Source: Candidatus Nanoarchaeia archaeon (GTDB lineage: Archaea; Nanobdellota; Nanobdellia; SCGC-AAA011-G17; GW2011-AR18). From it: 56,970 nt of DNA. This document shows positions 44,074-53,055 of this stretch, in pieces. A model generated the notes under the pieces. It had not been told where the DNA came from. It made no database searches and saw only the letters and a list, made by a program, of their open reading frames with translations. Position 1 is the first letter of the stretch, and each line of letters begins with the position of its first letter. The stretch is from positions 1-56,970 of the forward strand of contig DASRUL010000005.1 of NCBI GenBank assembly GCA_035655455.1. Reading direction: 5' to 3'. The translations under genes were made by a program, and so were the position numbers.

Positions 44074-45054
44074 ATGGTGGATATTGACTGCTTTTCGGTT
44101 CCTGGAATCTTTACTACACTCTTTGTTGCGCAACCTGTTCCTTTTGTTCCATCTGTTCCTGCCGAATACGTTTTCTGGGTCAAAAGACCATCACTCAGAG
44201 ATCCAGAACTAGAAGCGTTAATCGACTCCAAATGGCAAGCTCAAATAGAAACGAAAAAGAGGGAACTTGAAGCTAGAGGCGTACAAGATATAGCAATACG
44301 CCCTGATGAACGAGGACTTCCCGCACTCTATGAAGGAGAAAGAAAAATCATGTTTGACGGAACTATCTTTAGAGTATCTGATGTTTGCCCTGCCTTTGAT
44401 GGCACAGAAGCGGTCTGTATTGATGTTGAAGAAGGAAGATTCAGCACCATCAACCTCTCTCGCGATCCGGAATTTAGAGCACTCTCAGAAAAAAAATCCG
44501 GAGAAATAAGAAACGACGCTCTCGGCTCTTCAGAACTTCTTGTTACGAAAGATGGTTATATTGTTCTTACAAACAGAGGAGAACGACCAAACACCTACAA
44601 AAATCAGATGTATATGCCTGGAGGAAGACCTTCAACAGTAGCAGAATCTCCTTTAGAACACCAACTTGGAGAGAATGCTGAAGAACTTGGCTTAACATCA
44701 GAAGACTATCTTCGAGGCACAAAACACTGCTTTTACGGAATTGTTGCTGACGAACAACTTAACAGAAACAGAGAACTCATGTTCAAAGTTGAACTCAGCC
44801 TCACTGCAGATGAAGTGCAAAAAAGATACGATGCTTTACCAAAAAAACCAATAGACGTTGCTTCCTTAGAATTTTTATCTGCTGATGCAGACTCAATCTT
44901 GGGAAGACTTCTTAACGACGCACTTTGCCCAAGAAATAAGCCTGGCATTGTCATCCCACCAACCTTGGGTCTTTTAACACACTACGGATTCCACTCCTAC
45001 GGTCAAATGTGGCTTGAAGAGCTTGATATAAAAGTAAAAGAAGGAGATTTCTAA
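44074..45054 (+). CDS. divergent Nudix-fold protein with an N-terminal extension
   Basis: PGGRPSTVAESPLEHQLGENAEELGL approximates the Nudix box Gx5Ex7REUxEExGU but with GE in place of RE. Confidence 0.5.
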   Translation: MVDIDCFSVPGIFTTLFVAQPVPFVPSVPAEYVFWVKRPSLRDPELEALIDSKWQAQIETKKRELEARGVQDIAIRPDERGLPALYEGERKIMFDGTIFRVSDVCPAFDGTEAVCIDVEEGRFSTINLSRDPEFRALSEKKSGEIRNDALGSSELLVTKDGYIVLTNRGERPNTYKNQMYMPGGRPSTVAESPLEHQLGENAEELGLTSEDYLRGTKHCFYGIVADEQLNRNRELMFKVELSLTADEVQKRYDALPKKPIDVASLEFLSADADSILGRLLNDALCPRNKPGIVIPPTLGLLTHYGFHSYGQMWLEELDIKVKEGDF

Positions 45055-45055
45055 C

Positions 45056-45790
45056 TCACTTAGAATAAAACTTCTCCGCGCTTCTTAAAATATCTTGATT
45101 TGTCACATCAAACCACTCGCTTTCAAACACAAACGAATGCAAAAGCGTCCTTTTAAACATAAACTCGATTAAATCTCCAGAATGATCCTTATTCCCCTCT
45201 TTTACACATTGTAAAACAAGCGACAAGTCTTCTTTTTTTAGTATATAATAACATAAGCTTCCGATATTTGTTTTTGGAATCTTCGGCTTATCTTCAAACC
45301 CGACTATCTTATTCCCTTCTCCCACTTCAATTACACCAAATCTTGTTGCCAGTAAACTTTTATCTTCCACTGCTTTTCCCGCAACCACTGATGTATTCTT
45401 TCCTTTGAAAAAAGCTATACTCTCTTCAACTCCAAACCCAAATAATGTATCTCCACCTATAATGATTATATCCTCTTCTAAACCTATTCTTTCTATAACA
45501 AAAGCCATATCTCCCACCGCGCCAAGCCTCTCTTCAGGACCATTTGTCAGATTATTAATAATCCTTATCTTTTTAGTAAAACTTGACTGCTTATCCCATT
45601 CACAAAATGCTTCAAAAAAAAGATTATTTGTAATAAGAAAAATATCACTAATATCCTTACAAGAATCCAATTTTTCCATGATATGGTCGATAATCTTCTT
45701 CCCTCCAACTTCAATAAAAGCCTTAGAAATATTCTCTGTTAAAGGATAAAGCCTTGTTCCAAACCCAGCAATTAGAATTAGCACTTTCAT
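45056..45790 (-). CDS. sugar-1-phosphate nucleotidylyltransferase
   Basis: MKVLILIAGFGTRLYPLTENISKAFIEVGGKKIIDHI (G-x-G-T-R-L motif). ATG at 45790 preferred over the track start. Confidence 0.75.
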   Translation of the reverse strand: MKVLILIAGFGTRLYPLTENISKAFIEVGGKKIIDHIMEKLDSCKDISDIFLITNNLFFEAFCEWDKQSSFTKKIRIINNLTNGPEERLGAVGDMAFVIERIGLEEDIIIIGGDTLFGFGVEESIAFFKGKNTSVVAGKAVEDKSLLATRFGVIEVGEGNKIVGFEDKPKIPKTNIGSLCYYILKKEDLSLVLQCVKEGNKDHSGDLIEFMFKRTLLHSFVFESEWFDVTNQDILRSAEKFYSK

Positions 45791-45809
45791 CTCTCTGCTA
45801 AAGAGCAAA

Positions 45810-45819
45810 TGTTTAAATC
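45810..45819. promoter_or_regulatory. single central TATA-like box shared by divergent genes (starts 45790 and 45841)
   Basis: TGTTTAAATC sits in a 50-bp spacer, 20-31 nt from both ATGs. Confidence 0.45.
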
Positions 45820-45840
45820 TCTTATGTATTTCCTTTTTTT

Positions 45841-46515
45841 ATGACTTCAATCAAAGACCATTTCGAACACGTCGCACACAACTACGACTACTGGAAAAAA
45901 AAGAACTGGTACTATTATCAACAGCTTAAAACTATCCTCAAAGAAAAAATTCCCCCGGGGAAAAAAGTTCTCGAAATAGGATGCGGAACAGGAGATCTTC
46001 TTGCAGCTTTGCAACCTTTAAAAGGATTAGGAATAGACATCAGCGAAAATATGATTAAGATAGCCAAGGAAAAACACAAAGAAACAAAAAACATCGCCTT
46101 CAACGTCGGAAAAGCAGAAAACCTCACACTCAACCAAGAATTCGATGTCATCCTTCTCGCAGACATTATTGAACACCTAGAAAACGTAAACCAAATGTCC
46201 GAATCCCTCACAAAAATCGCAAATTCAAAAACTCTTATTATCCTCACAATGATCAACCCCCTTTGGGAGCCTGCCCTTCTCCTAGCTGAAAAATTCAACC
46301 TTAAAATGCCGGAAGGACCGCACCACCGGCTCACCTTTAAAGAACTCGAAAAAATCTTCAAAAAACATCACCTTTACGTTCTTGATTTAGAATACAGGAT
46401 TTTTATTCCAAAATACCTCCCCTTTATTTCTGACAAAATAAACAGTACTTTTTTTAACATCCCTCTCCTTAGAAATTTAGGGCTTGTCCAAATCTTAACC
46501 CTCAAAAAAGTTTAG
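45841..46515 (+). CDS. class I SAM-dependent methyltransferase
   Basis: VLEIGCGTGDL...ILLADIIEHL. Confidence 0.75.
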   Translation: MTSIKDHFEHVAHNYDYWKKKNWYYYQQLKTILKEKIPPGKKVLEIGCGTGDLLAALQPLKGLGIDISENMIKIAKEKHKETKNIAFNVGKAENLTLNQEFDVILLADIIEHLENVNQMSESLTKIANSKTLIILTMINPLWEPALLLAEKFNLKMPEGPHHRLTFKELEKIFKKHHLYVLDLEYRIFIPKYLPFISDKINSTFFNIPLLRNLGLVQILTLKKV

Positions 46516-47462
46516 TCTGCCCTTTGATATATTTCCTTTACAAGACTCAACACACTTACAGCATCTTCCCCTTTCACAAAAGGCTCCCTCCCACTCCTTA
46601 TTGCATGAGCAACATCCTCAAGCTGCATTACTAAACTTCCGCTTTTAAGATTTTTCATCCTCGGAAAATTGTACAGGAAATTCCTGTATCCACTCGTGCT
46701 GATCCTTGCCCTTCTTTTCTCACCAACAATCTCTAAAAAAATCCTCTTTTTCTTCATATTATTGCTCGCCTTCAACTCGCAAGGAATGCCGTTTTCAAAC
46801 TTCAATAAAGCTTCACATTCATCTTCTACCTTTAACCAAGGTCTTGTGCTTCTTATGACTGCTTTTTTCACCTTCGGGACGCCAAACAAATAAACAAGAA
46901 TATCCAGAAAATGAATCACTTGCATGATTACAACTCCTCCACCAGCCTTTTTAGGATCATTCCTCCAAAAACTCTTCCTGAAATACTCTAACGCCCTCAG
47001 ACTTTCATACACTATCCTTATCCTTTTTATTTTCCCAAACTCTCCCCTCTCCAAACGTTTTTTGGTCTCCACAACAAGCGGCGAAAACCGCAACTGGCTT
47101 ACTACACTCAACAAAAGCCCCTTCCTTTTCGCTTTCTCCACCAGACGTTTCGCCTTTTTTAGATCAACATCAATCGGCTTCTCCACAACAACATGCTTTC
47201 CAGCATCCAAAACCCTCATTGCGATATCTCCGTGCGTTTCATTTTCAGTCACAATCAACACTACTTTACTTTCCTTATCCTTCAAAACCTCTTCAAAATT
47301 CTTAAACCACTTTATCTCATACTTCGCTGCAAATAGCCTCCCTCTCTCTTCATTCCGACTATGCACTCCCATCAGCGTCATCTCTTTAGAATTCTTAAAA
47401 GCTCTTACATACTTAGGGGCTATAGCACCAGCACCAACCAAACAAAACCCTACTCTCCTCAT
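46512..47462 (-). CDS. Gfo/Idh/MocA-family NAD(P)-dependent oxidoreductase
   Basis: RVGFCLVGAGAIAPKYVRAF...HVVVEKPI (EKP motif). Confidence 0.75.
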   Translation of the reverse strand: MRRVGFCLVGAGAIAPKYVRAFKNSKEMTLMGVHSRNEERGRLFAAKYEIKWFKNFEEVLKDKESKVVLIVTENETHGDIAMRVLDAGKHVVVEKPIDVDLKKAKRLVEKAKRKGLLLSVVSQLRFSPLVVETKKRLERGEFGKIKRIRIVYESLRALEYFRKSFWRNDPKKAGGGVVIMQVIHFLDILVYLFGVPKVKKAVIRSTRPWLKVEDECEALLKFENGIPCELKASNNMKKKRIFLEIVGEKRRARISTSGYRNFLYNFPRMKNLKSGSLVMQLEDVAHAIRSGREPFVKGEDAVSVLSLVKEIYQRAD

Positions 47463-48232
47463 TCTTTCTTCCCAATCACATAAAATAAATGAGCATACAA
47501 GTGCTTCATAAAAAGAGGCATAGGAAAACGCTCAAACCCATGCATTATCTTAATCCACATGGGGTACCGCTTTTCCTTCATAAACCTGACCGTATTTGCA
47601 TCCCACTCAATTTCATCCATCTCTTTTTTCATCCTATGAAACTTCATATCACGAAAACCAATAGTATCGGGCCATACCGGACAATTCATCATATTTGTCT
47701 CTATAGGAATAAGCCCACATCTATTCATCAGAAATTTCACGCCTTTTGGAAACAAAAATAATTTTTCTCCATGCGTCCACTTGACTTTATACACCTTGTG
47801 TAGCATTCTATGAATCGGAGATCCCACATTATATCCATCCACACAAAGAATCATCACATACTTTTTCGAAACTCTCTTCATCTCATTCAAAATCTGTTCA
47901 TAATTATTATTCAGCGATAGCGTGTTAAAATTCCACACAAAATCATAAACCCCATCCTCTACAGGCAGTTTAGATAAATCTTCTGCCTTCACAACCTTAT
48001 ACTTCAACCCCAAATCATCCCACACTTCCAACCCTTTCTTAGAAGGATTCACCAATGAAACTTCGCATCCCGCTTCAGCAAAACCCAGAGAATACAATGA
48101 CGGCAACGCCTTCACACCCCCCGCAGGAACCTCCAACACAGACTTTATATCATACTTTTTAACAATCCTTCTTAAACCACGATTAATCGCATACCGCTCA
48201 TAATCCAACTGAAAAGGCTCCTTCTCAACCAT
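47459..48232 (-). CDS. methyltransferase-like protein (class I fold, divergent)
   Basis: VLEVPAGGVKAL...YDFVWNFNTL...KKYVMILCVDGYN. ATG at 48232 lies 22-31 nt from a TATA-like box (48254-48263). Confidence 0.5.
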   Translation of the reverse strand: MVEKEPFQLDYERYAINRGLRRIVKKYDIKSVLEVPAGGVKALPSLYSLGFAEAGCEVSLVNPSKKGLEVWDDLGLKYKVVKAEDLSKLPVEDGVYDFVWNFNTLSLNNNYEQILNEMKRVSKKYVMILCVDGYNVGSPIHRMLHKVYKVKWTHGEKLFLFPKGVKFLMNRCGLIPIETNMMNCPVWPDTIGFRDMKFHRMKKEMDEIEWDANTVRFMKEKRYPMWIKIMHGFERFPMPLFMKHLYAHLFYVIGKKE

Positions 48233-48284
48233 AAACCCTGCCAACAATACGCCTCTTAAAAAGGATTCGTTTTTTCTCCAGAAA

Positions 48285-48414
48285 GGGGTTGGTGCGAATA
48301 TATGCTAAGATATGCTGTAAAAGATCTTTCTTAAGTAAATCTTGCGAGAAAACCACCCTTTCAACAGCGCATCAAACAAACTTCAGAGTTAAGGATTAGT
48401 TTCGCACCAACCCC
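48285..48414. mobile_element. 130-bp MITE with 14-bp perfect TIRs and a 9-bp target-site duplication
   Basis: GGGGTTGGTGCGAA (48285-48298) pairs with TTCGCACCAACCCC (48401-48414). CTCCAGAAA is repeated directly at 48276-48284 and 48415-48423. No ORF inside. Confidence 0.7.
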
Positions 48415-48428
48415 CTCCAGAAAGCAAC

Positions 48429-48438
48429 CTTTAAATAA
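48429..48438 (+). promoter_or_regulatory. TATA box candidate for the B12-rSAM gene at 48459
   Basis: CTTTAAATAA lies 21-30 nt upstream of the ATG. Confidence 0.4.
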
Positions 48439-48458
48439 CGAAAACTAATTCCCCAAAA

Positions 48459-49856
48459 ATGAAAATCCTTCTCATCAACCCCCCCTTAGAACACCAAGCA
48501 CGCTGGGATGTTTCACAAATTGCTTACCCGCCTCTAGGAATCCTCTGGATAGCTGCCATGCTCGAGAAAGAAGGTCACCACGTCAAATTCTTAGATGGCG
48601 ACTGCTGGAAATTTGACATTCTTGAAGAAATCAAAAACTACAATCCCAGACTTGTAGGACTAGCAGTCATCACCATCAAAGTCAACAGCGCAGCAGCCAT
48701 GATCCACCAAATCAAAGAAGTATACCCACAATTACCTGTTGTCGTTGGCGGGAACCACATCACCAACGTCAAACAACAATCCTTTGACCAAATCCCGGGA
48801 GCAGACTACCTCATGATCGGAGAAGCGTACTATACCTTTCCAGAACTTGCGCACGCACTCGAACAAAATACCAACCTCTCAACCATCAGAGGCCTCATCT
48901 GGAAAGAAGACGGAAACATTATCACCAACAAGTCCCGACCAGACATTCAAGACTTAGACATTCTCCCCTTCCCTGCACGACACCTCCTTCCCCAACCCTT
49001 CACTACTCACTACCAGTCAGACACGCGTTACTTAAGAAAACCGAGCACAAGCATGATCACCAGCCTCGGCTGCTACTACAGATGCACCTTCTGCGACCAC
49101 ACGAGGAACGTCAGATTCTTCTCTCCAAAAAGAGTCGTAGATGAAATCGAACACTTGCAAAAAATCTACGGCATCAAAGAAATCCACTTCTGGGACGAAA
49201 TTTTCACCATGACCCCAAAACGCACACGCGAAATCTGCCAAGAAATTATCGACCGCAACATTGATATCACCTGGAGCGGATACGGAAGACTCGATATTAT
49301 CGCACGAAACCCCGACTTAGTGCCACTCATCAAAAAATCAGGATGCTGGTTCATGTCCTTCGGCGTCGAATCAGGAAGCCAAAAAGTCAGAGACTTCATT
49401 AAAAAAGATCTTACAGACGAACAAATACGACAAGCTGCGGAAACCCTTGCAGCAGCAGGCATCTATACCCGAGGTTTATTCATGCTCGGACATCCTACTG
49501 AAACTCTCGAAACTCTTGAACAAACCATCCAATTCGCCAAAACCTTACCTCTCAACTCTGCGCAATTCAACCTCAACATACCCCTTCCAGGAACAGAGCA
49601 GTACGCTAACGCTAAAGACTATGGAATCCTTGATGAGGAACGCTTCAAAGATTACTCAGGGCATGGAAAACCTATCTACATTCCCAACGGACTCACTGCA
49701 GAAATCCTTGAAGAAGCCCAAAAACGCGCCTACAAAGAATTCTTCGCACGACCCCAAGTCTTCTTCAGAAACGCACGCTTCGTCCTCAGAAGTCCAGACA
49801 GCATCAAAAAATACAGCAAAAAATTCGTTACTATTATGACTGGGGGAAAACTATAA
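48459..49856 (+). CDS. B12-binding (class B) radical SAM enzyme
   Basis: MKILLINPP...PPLGILWIAAMLEKEGHHVKFLDG and TSLGCYYRCTFCDH. Paralog of 3786..5174. Confidence 0.8.
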   Translation: MKILLINPPLEHQARWDVSQIAYPPLGILWIAAMLEKEGHHVKFLDGDCWKFDILEEIKNYNPRLVGLAVITIKVNSAAAMIHQIKEVYPQLPVVVGGNHITNVKQQSFDQIPGADYLMIGEAYYTFPELAHALEQNTNLSTIRGLIWKEDGNIITNKSRPDIQDLDILPFPARHLLPQPFTTHYQSDTRYLRKPSTSMITSLGCYYRCTFCDHTRNVRFFSPKRVVDEIEHLQKIYGIKEIHFWDEIFTMTPKRTREICQEIIDRNIDITWSGYGRLDIIARNPDLVPLIKKSGCWFMSFGVESGSQKVRDFIKKDLTDEQIRQAAETLAAAGIYTRGLFMLGHPTETLETLEQTIQFAKTLPLNSAQFNLNIPLPGTEQYANAKDYGILDEERFKDYSGHGKPIYIPNGLTAEILEEAQKRAYKEFFARPQVFFRNARFVLRSPDSIKKYSKKFVTIMTGGKL

Positions 49857-49880
49857 AACCAGCCTCTTCTTTTAAACCTT

Positions 49881-50774
49881 ATGAATATCACTACCCTTCT
49901 TTTCTTAACCCTCGCCCTCTTTTCTAATTTTATCTGCATCTTTCTCATCGCACTCCGCTACAAACACCTCTTTATCTCAATAAGCGAACACGCCAAATTT
50001 TTAGACGTCACAAAACTTGTTGCCATCACCCAAATCGCCAGCTATCTCACCCCTTTTAATATAGGAATCCTTCTCGGAAGACCCTTCATCGGAAAAAAAT
50101 TCTTTAACATCCAGCCAGGAAAAACAATCCTCGCCACCGTTATCGACCAATGGCTCGAATTCTTCTGGCAAAGTCTTCTTGTCATTTTTCTTATAGTTAT
50201 AGGAGTCGGCTCCTTCTTTCAGAAAGACCTTTTCGTGTTTCCCATCCTCTTTCTTATTTTAAGCCTCGTTTTTCTTCTTCTTTTTTCCAAAACCCTCTAT
50301 ACAAAACTCTTCATCATTAAAGACAGCATTCCCTCTTTCCTCAAAAAACTTTTAAAACGCTTTATCACCCTCCAGGATCTTACGACAGCAAAGACCTACC
50401 TCGACCAAAACCTTCATACAAAAAAATTTATTCTTCCCTACTTCAGCCTCGTTCTCCTCTTTATTCTTGCTTATCCCCTTATTCTTTATTTTACTAGCCT
50501 TGCATTCTCCTCTTCACTCCCTTACACCAAAATCTTCACCGCGACATGGGCATCTTACCTTATAGGAAGACTTTCAGGGATTCCAGGCGGTTTTGGAACA
50601 CGAGACCTCACGCTCGGAGCCTTCCTCGCCCTCTACGGCCTCTCACTTGAACAAGCAGCAATCATCGCTCTTGTTTACAGAATCGTTACCCTCTTACCCT
50701 CCTTCCTTCTCAGCCTTTCTTTTGTTCCAGAAATTCTCTTTCTTCTTAAAAAAAATCCTCCGAAATCCATTTAA
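49881..50774 (+). CDS. flippase-like membrane protein (LPG-synthase TM-domain-like / UPF0104)
   Basis: 297 aa, ~8 TM. SGIPGGFGTRDLTLGAFLALYGLSLEQAAIIALVYRI resembles the conserved PGG.G..E...Y/R segment of this family. Confidence 0.5.
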   Translation: MNITTLLFLTLALFSNFICIFLIALRYKHLFISISEHAKFLDVTKLVAITQIASYLTPFNIGILLGRPFIGKKFFNIQPGKTILATVIDQWLEFFWQSLLVIFLIVIGVGSFFQKDLFVFPILFLILSLVFLLLFSKTLYTKLFIIKDSIPSFLKKLLKRFITLQDLTTAKTYLDQNLHTKKFILPYFSLVLLFILAYPLILYFTSLAFSSSLPYTKIFTATWASYLIGRLSGIPGGFGTRDLTLGAFLALYGLSLEQAAIIALVYRIVTLLPSFLLSLSFVPEILFLLKKNPPKSI

Positions 50775-50796
50775 ACATTCGCCCAGTCACTCTCCT

Positions 50797-51798
50797 ATGC
50801 AAAGACAAGACACCTACATCTCATGGATCAAACAAGGAGCTAAAAAACTAGAAACTTTCCAAAACGAAGAAGAAAAATACAAAGGATGCTTCTGCTATCC
50901 CTACTGGAGAAAACAAACAACCTATGTCAACAGCAGATGGCAAGAAGCAAGCCTCACTTTCGCATGGCTCTACAAAAAAACAGGAAACCCTGCCTATAAA
51001 GAAATTGCGCAACACGGAGTAGCCTACTGGTGCAGACTCCAACACAGAAAAGGCTCCTTTCCAGAATACTCAAGGCTGGATAGTTCCTTCGCAGCAACCG
51101 CCTTCACCACACTCGCAATGGCAGAAACTGCAAAAAAGATCCCCTTCACACCCAACCAACACTCAACCCTCCTCAAAGCCGCAGACTGGCTCTTAGAAAA
51201 TGATGAACTCACCTACACAAACCAACAAGCAGCCGCAGCCGCAGCACTCTTTTCAGTATGCAACCTCACTGAAAACCAACGCTACTTCATTGCAGCGCAG
51301 AAAAAACTTGCAAAAGTCTTTTCCAACCAACACACTCACGGCTATTACACCGAGAAAAACGGATTCGACTTAGGATACTCCACCCTCACTTTAGAAATGC
51401 TCGGCATATCTTATATCCTCTCCCCTCATGAGAAGATCCTCTCCTCTGCCCAAAAATTCATCGACTTCATTCTGACAAACAAAGCACCATCGCACAACAT
51501 CCGCGGAACAACATGGATCATCATAGATGGCTTCGAAATTTTTGCAGATAAAGTTAGAAACGGAAAGAAAGCACTTCTCCTCATGCTCAAGCATCCACAC
51601 ATCAAACATCTCGGGCACGATCAGAATCTTTGCACCGACCTCTACCGCTACTGCTGGGCCCATGACCATGCAACAGCCAACCTCAACCACGGAAAACTCA
51701 ACGAACACTACCCTCCCCAAAAAAACAGTAAACCTTCAAAACTCCTCAACCCTCTCAGACCATTTGGGCTTCATAACATCAGGAATCTCTTACAATGA
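50797..51798 (+). CDS. hypothetical protein, possibly an alpha/alpha-toroid (prenyltransferase/terpene-cyclase-like repeats)
   Basis: ATG at 50797 chosen; the track's upstream extension overlaps the preceding gene by 180 nt. GSFPEYSRLDSSFAATAFTTLAMAE and ...DWLLENDE... are weakly repeat-like. Confidence 0.45.
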   Translation: MQRQDTYISWIKQGAKKLETFQNEEEKYKGCFCYPYWRKQTTYVNSRWQEASLTFAWLYKKTGNPAYKEIAQHGVAYWCRLQHRKGSFPEYSRLDSSFAATAFTTLAMAETAKKIPFTPNQHSTLLKAADWLLENDELTYTNQQAAAAAALFSVCNLTENQRYFIAAQKKLAKVFSNQHTHGYYTEKNGFDLGYSTLTLEMLGISYILSPHEKILSSAQKFIDFILTNKAPSHNIRGTTWIIIDGFEIFADKVRNGKKALLLMLKHPHIKHLGHDQNLCTDLYRYCWAHDHATANLNHGKLNEHYPPQKNSKPSKLLNPLRPFGLHNIRNLLQ

Positions 51799-52664
51799 AA
51801 AAAGCGTCAATTATTGTCATCACCTACAACGAAGAGAAAAACATCGATGAATGCATTCAATCCCTTCTCCACCAAGACTATGAAGATTATGAACTTCTCG
51901 TCGTCGATGCTTCAGAGGACCAGACTGCAACACGCGCGTCCCTCTACCCCCGCGTGCGCGTCATCAAAAGCGAAAAAAAAGGATTCGGCATCCAGCGAAA
52001 CCTCGGCGTCAAACATGCAACGGGACACTACATTGCGTTCACCGACGCGGACTGCATCGCACCCCCAACATGGCTGAAAAACGCAATCACCTTTTTAGAA
52101 AACAATAACCTCTCAGGAACAGGCGGAAATGCTTATCCGCCAGAAAATTCTCCTCTTATTGGCAAAGCTATCTCCTGTCTCGGATACCCAGCAGGAGGAG
52201 CACTCGGGCTTTCTCCCAACGACCTTTTCTCAACCTGCAATGCAGTCCTCCTCAAAAGCGCACTTGAAGAAGCCAACGGCTTCAACGAATATCTCCTCCA
52301 CGGCGGAGAAGACACTGACCTTTCCGCACGCCTCAAAGAAAAAGGGCACACCCTTCTCATCAACCAAGAATCCTATGTCTACCACAAAACAAGAACCTTC
52401 AGCGAATTCCTCTCATGGTGCCAACGCAGGGGACGCGCAAAGTACCACCTCACTCAACATCCAAAACAACTCCTCATGCCCCTCGCCGTTCTCGCTTATC
52501 CCCTGACAGCAAAATATAGAAAAATCTTCAAAAAAAGAAAACACCTCCAATTACCCTACTCAACCATTCTCTTCCTTGTTCCCACCCTCTTCTTCCTCAG
52601 ACAACTCTTCATGACCTGTGGCTGGATCCAGGAAGCTCTTCATCAAAACCAATCACAATCGTAG
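51795..52664 (+). CDS. GT2-family glycosyltransferase
   Basis: ASIIVITYNEEKNIDECIQSL...IAFTDADCI. ATGA overlap upstream. Confidence 0.75.
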   Translation: MKKASIIVITYNEEKNIDECIQSLLHQDYEDYELLVVDASEDQTATRASLYPRVRVIKSEKKGFGIQRNLGVKHATGHYIAFTDADCIAPPTWLKNAITFLENNNLSGTGGNAYPPENSPLIGKAISCLGYPAGGALGLSPNDLFSTCNAVLLKSALEEANGFNEYLLHGGEDTDLSARLKEKGHTLLINQESYVYHKTRTFSEFLSWCQRRGRAKYHLTQHPKQLLMPLAVLAYPLTAKYRKIFKKRKHLQLPYSTILFLVPTLFFLRQLFMTCGWIQEALHQNQSQS

Positions 52665-53001
52665 CGCATTCTTTATCCCTTTTCAAGCCATACCTCTTCA
52701 CAAGAAAATCATGAACCTCCTGGGAAGGCGATGAAGAAACAGAATTCATATAACCTAACTCAGGAAACTCCAAAACAGGAAAAACAACTTTCCCTTCCTT
52801 TACCACCACGAGATCGCCCACAGGATCGCGAAACTCGGAATCATGGACTATAATTACTGCAGACTTTCTCTTCAAGCATTCAAAGACCCCCACATTCTCT
52901 TCTTTCTCCAATTCGAAAATCTTCTGCTTGTCTTCCTTACTTAAGACCTTCACATCCAAAATTCCCCTAACCGCGTTTAAAGTCTTTATAACCTTGTCCA
53001 T
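52609..53001 (-). CDS. hypothetical protein
   Basis: 130-aa ORF with an ATG start and a correctly spaced TATA-like box. No recognisable motif. The 3' end overlaps the convergent GT2 gene by 56 nt. Confidence 0.4.
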   Translation of the reverse strand: MDKVIKTLNAVRGILDVKVLSKEDKQKIFELEKEENVGVFECLKRKSAVIIVHDSEFRDPVGDLVVVKEGKVVFPVLEFPELGYMNSVSSSPSQEVHDFLVKRYGLKRDKECATIVIGFDEELPGSSHRS

Positions 53002-53020
53002 GCCTTCTTAACTAGTGGAA

Positions 53021-53031
53021 AACTATAAAAG
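53021..53031. promoter_or_regulatory. single central TATA-like box shared by divergent genes (starts 53001 and 53056)
   Basis: AACTATAAAAG sits in a 54-bp spacer, 20-35 nt from both starts. Confidence 0.4.
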
Positions 53032-53055
53032 CCGAACGGAATTCGCCACTCCACC

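Noticed and set aside
50593-50796. N-terminal 68-aa extension of ORF 50593..51798.
   Set aside because: It overlaps the preceding membrane-protein gene by 180 nt in another frame and is low-complexity. The ATG at 50797, 23 nt after the upstream stop, is the sensible start.
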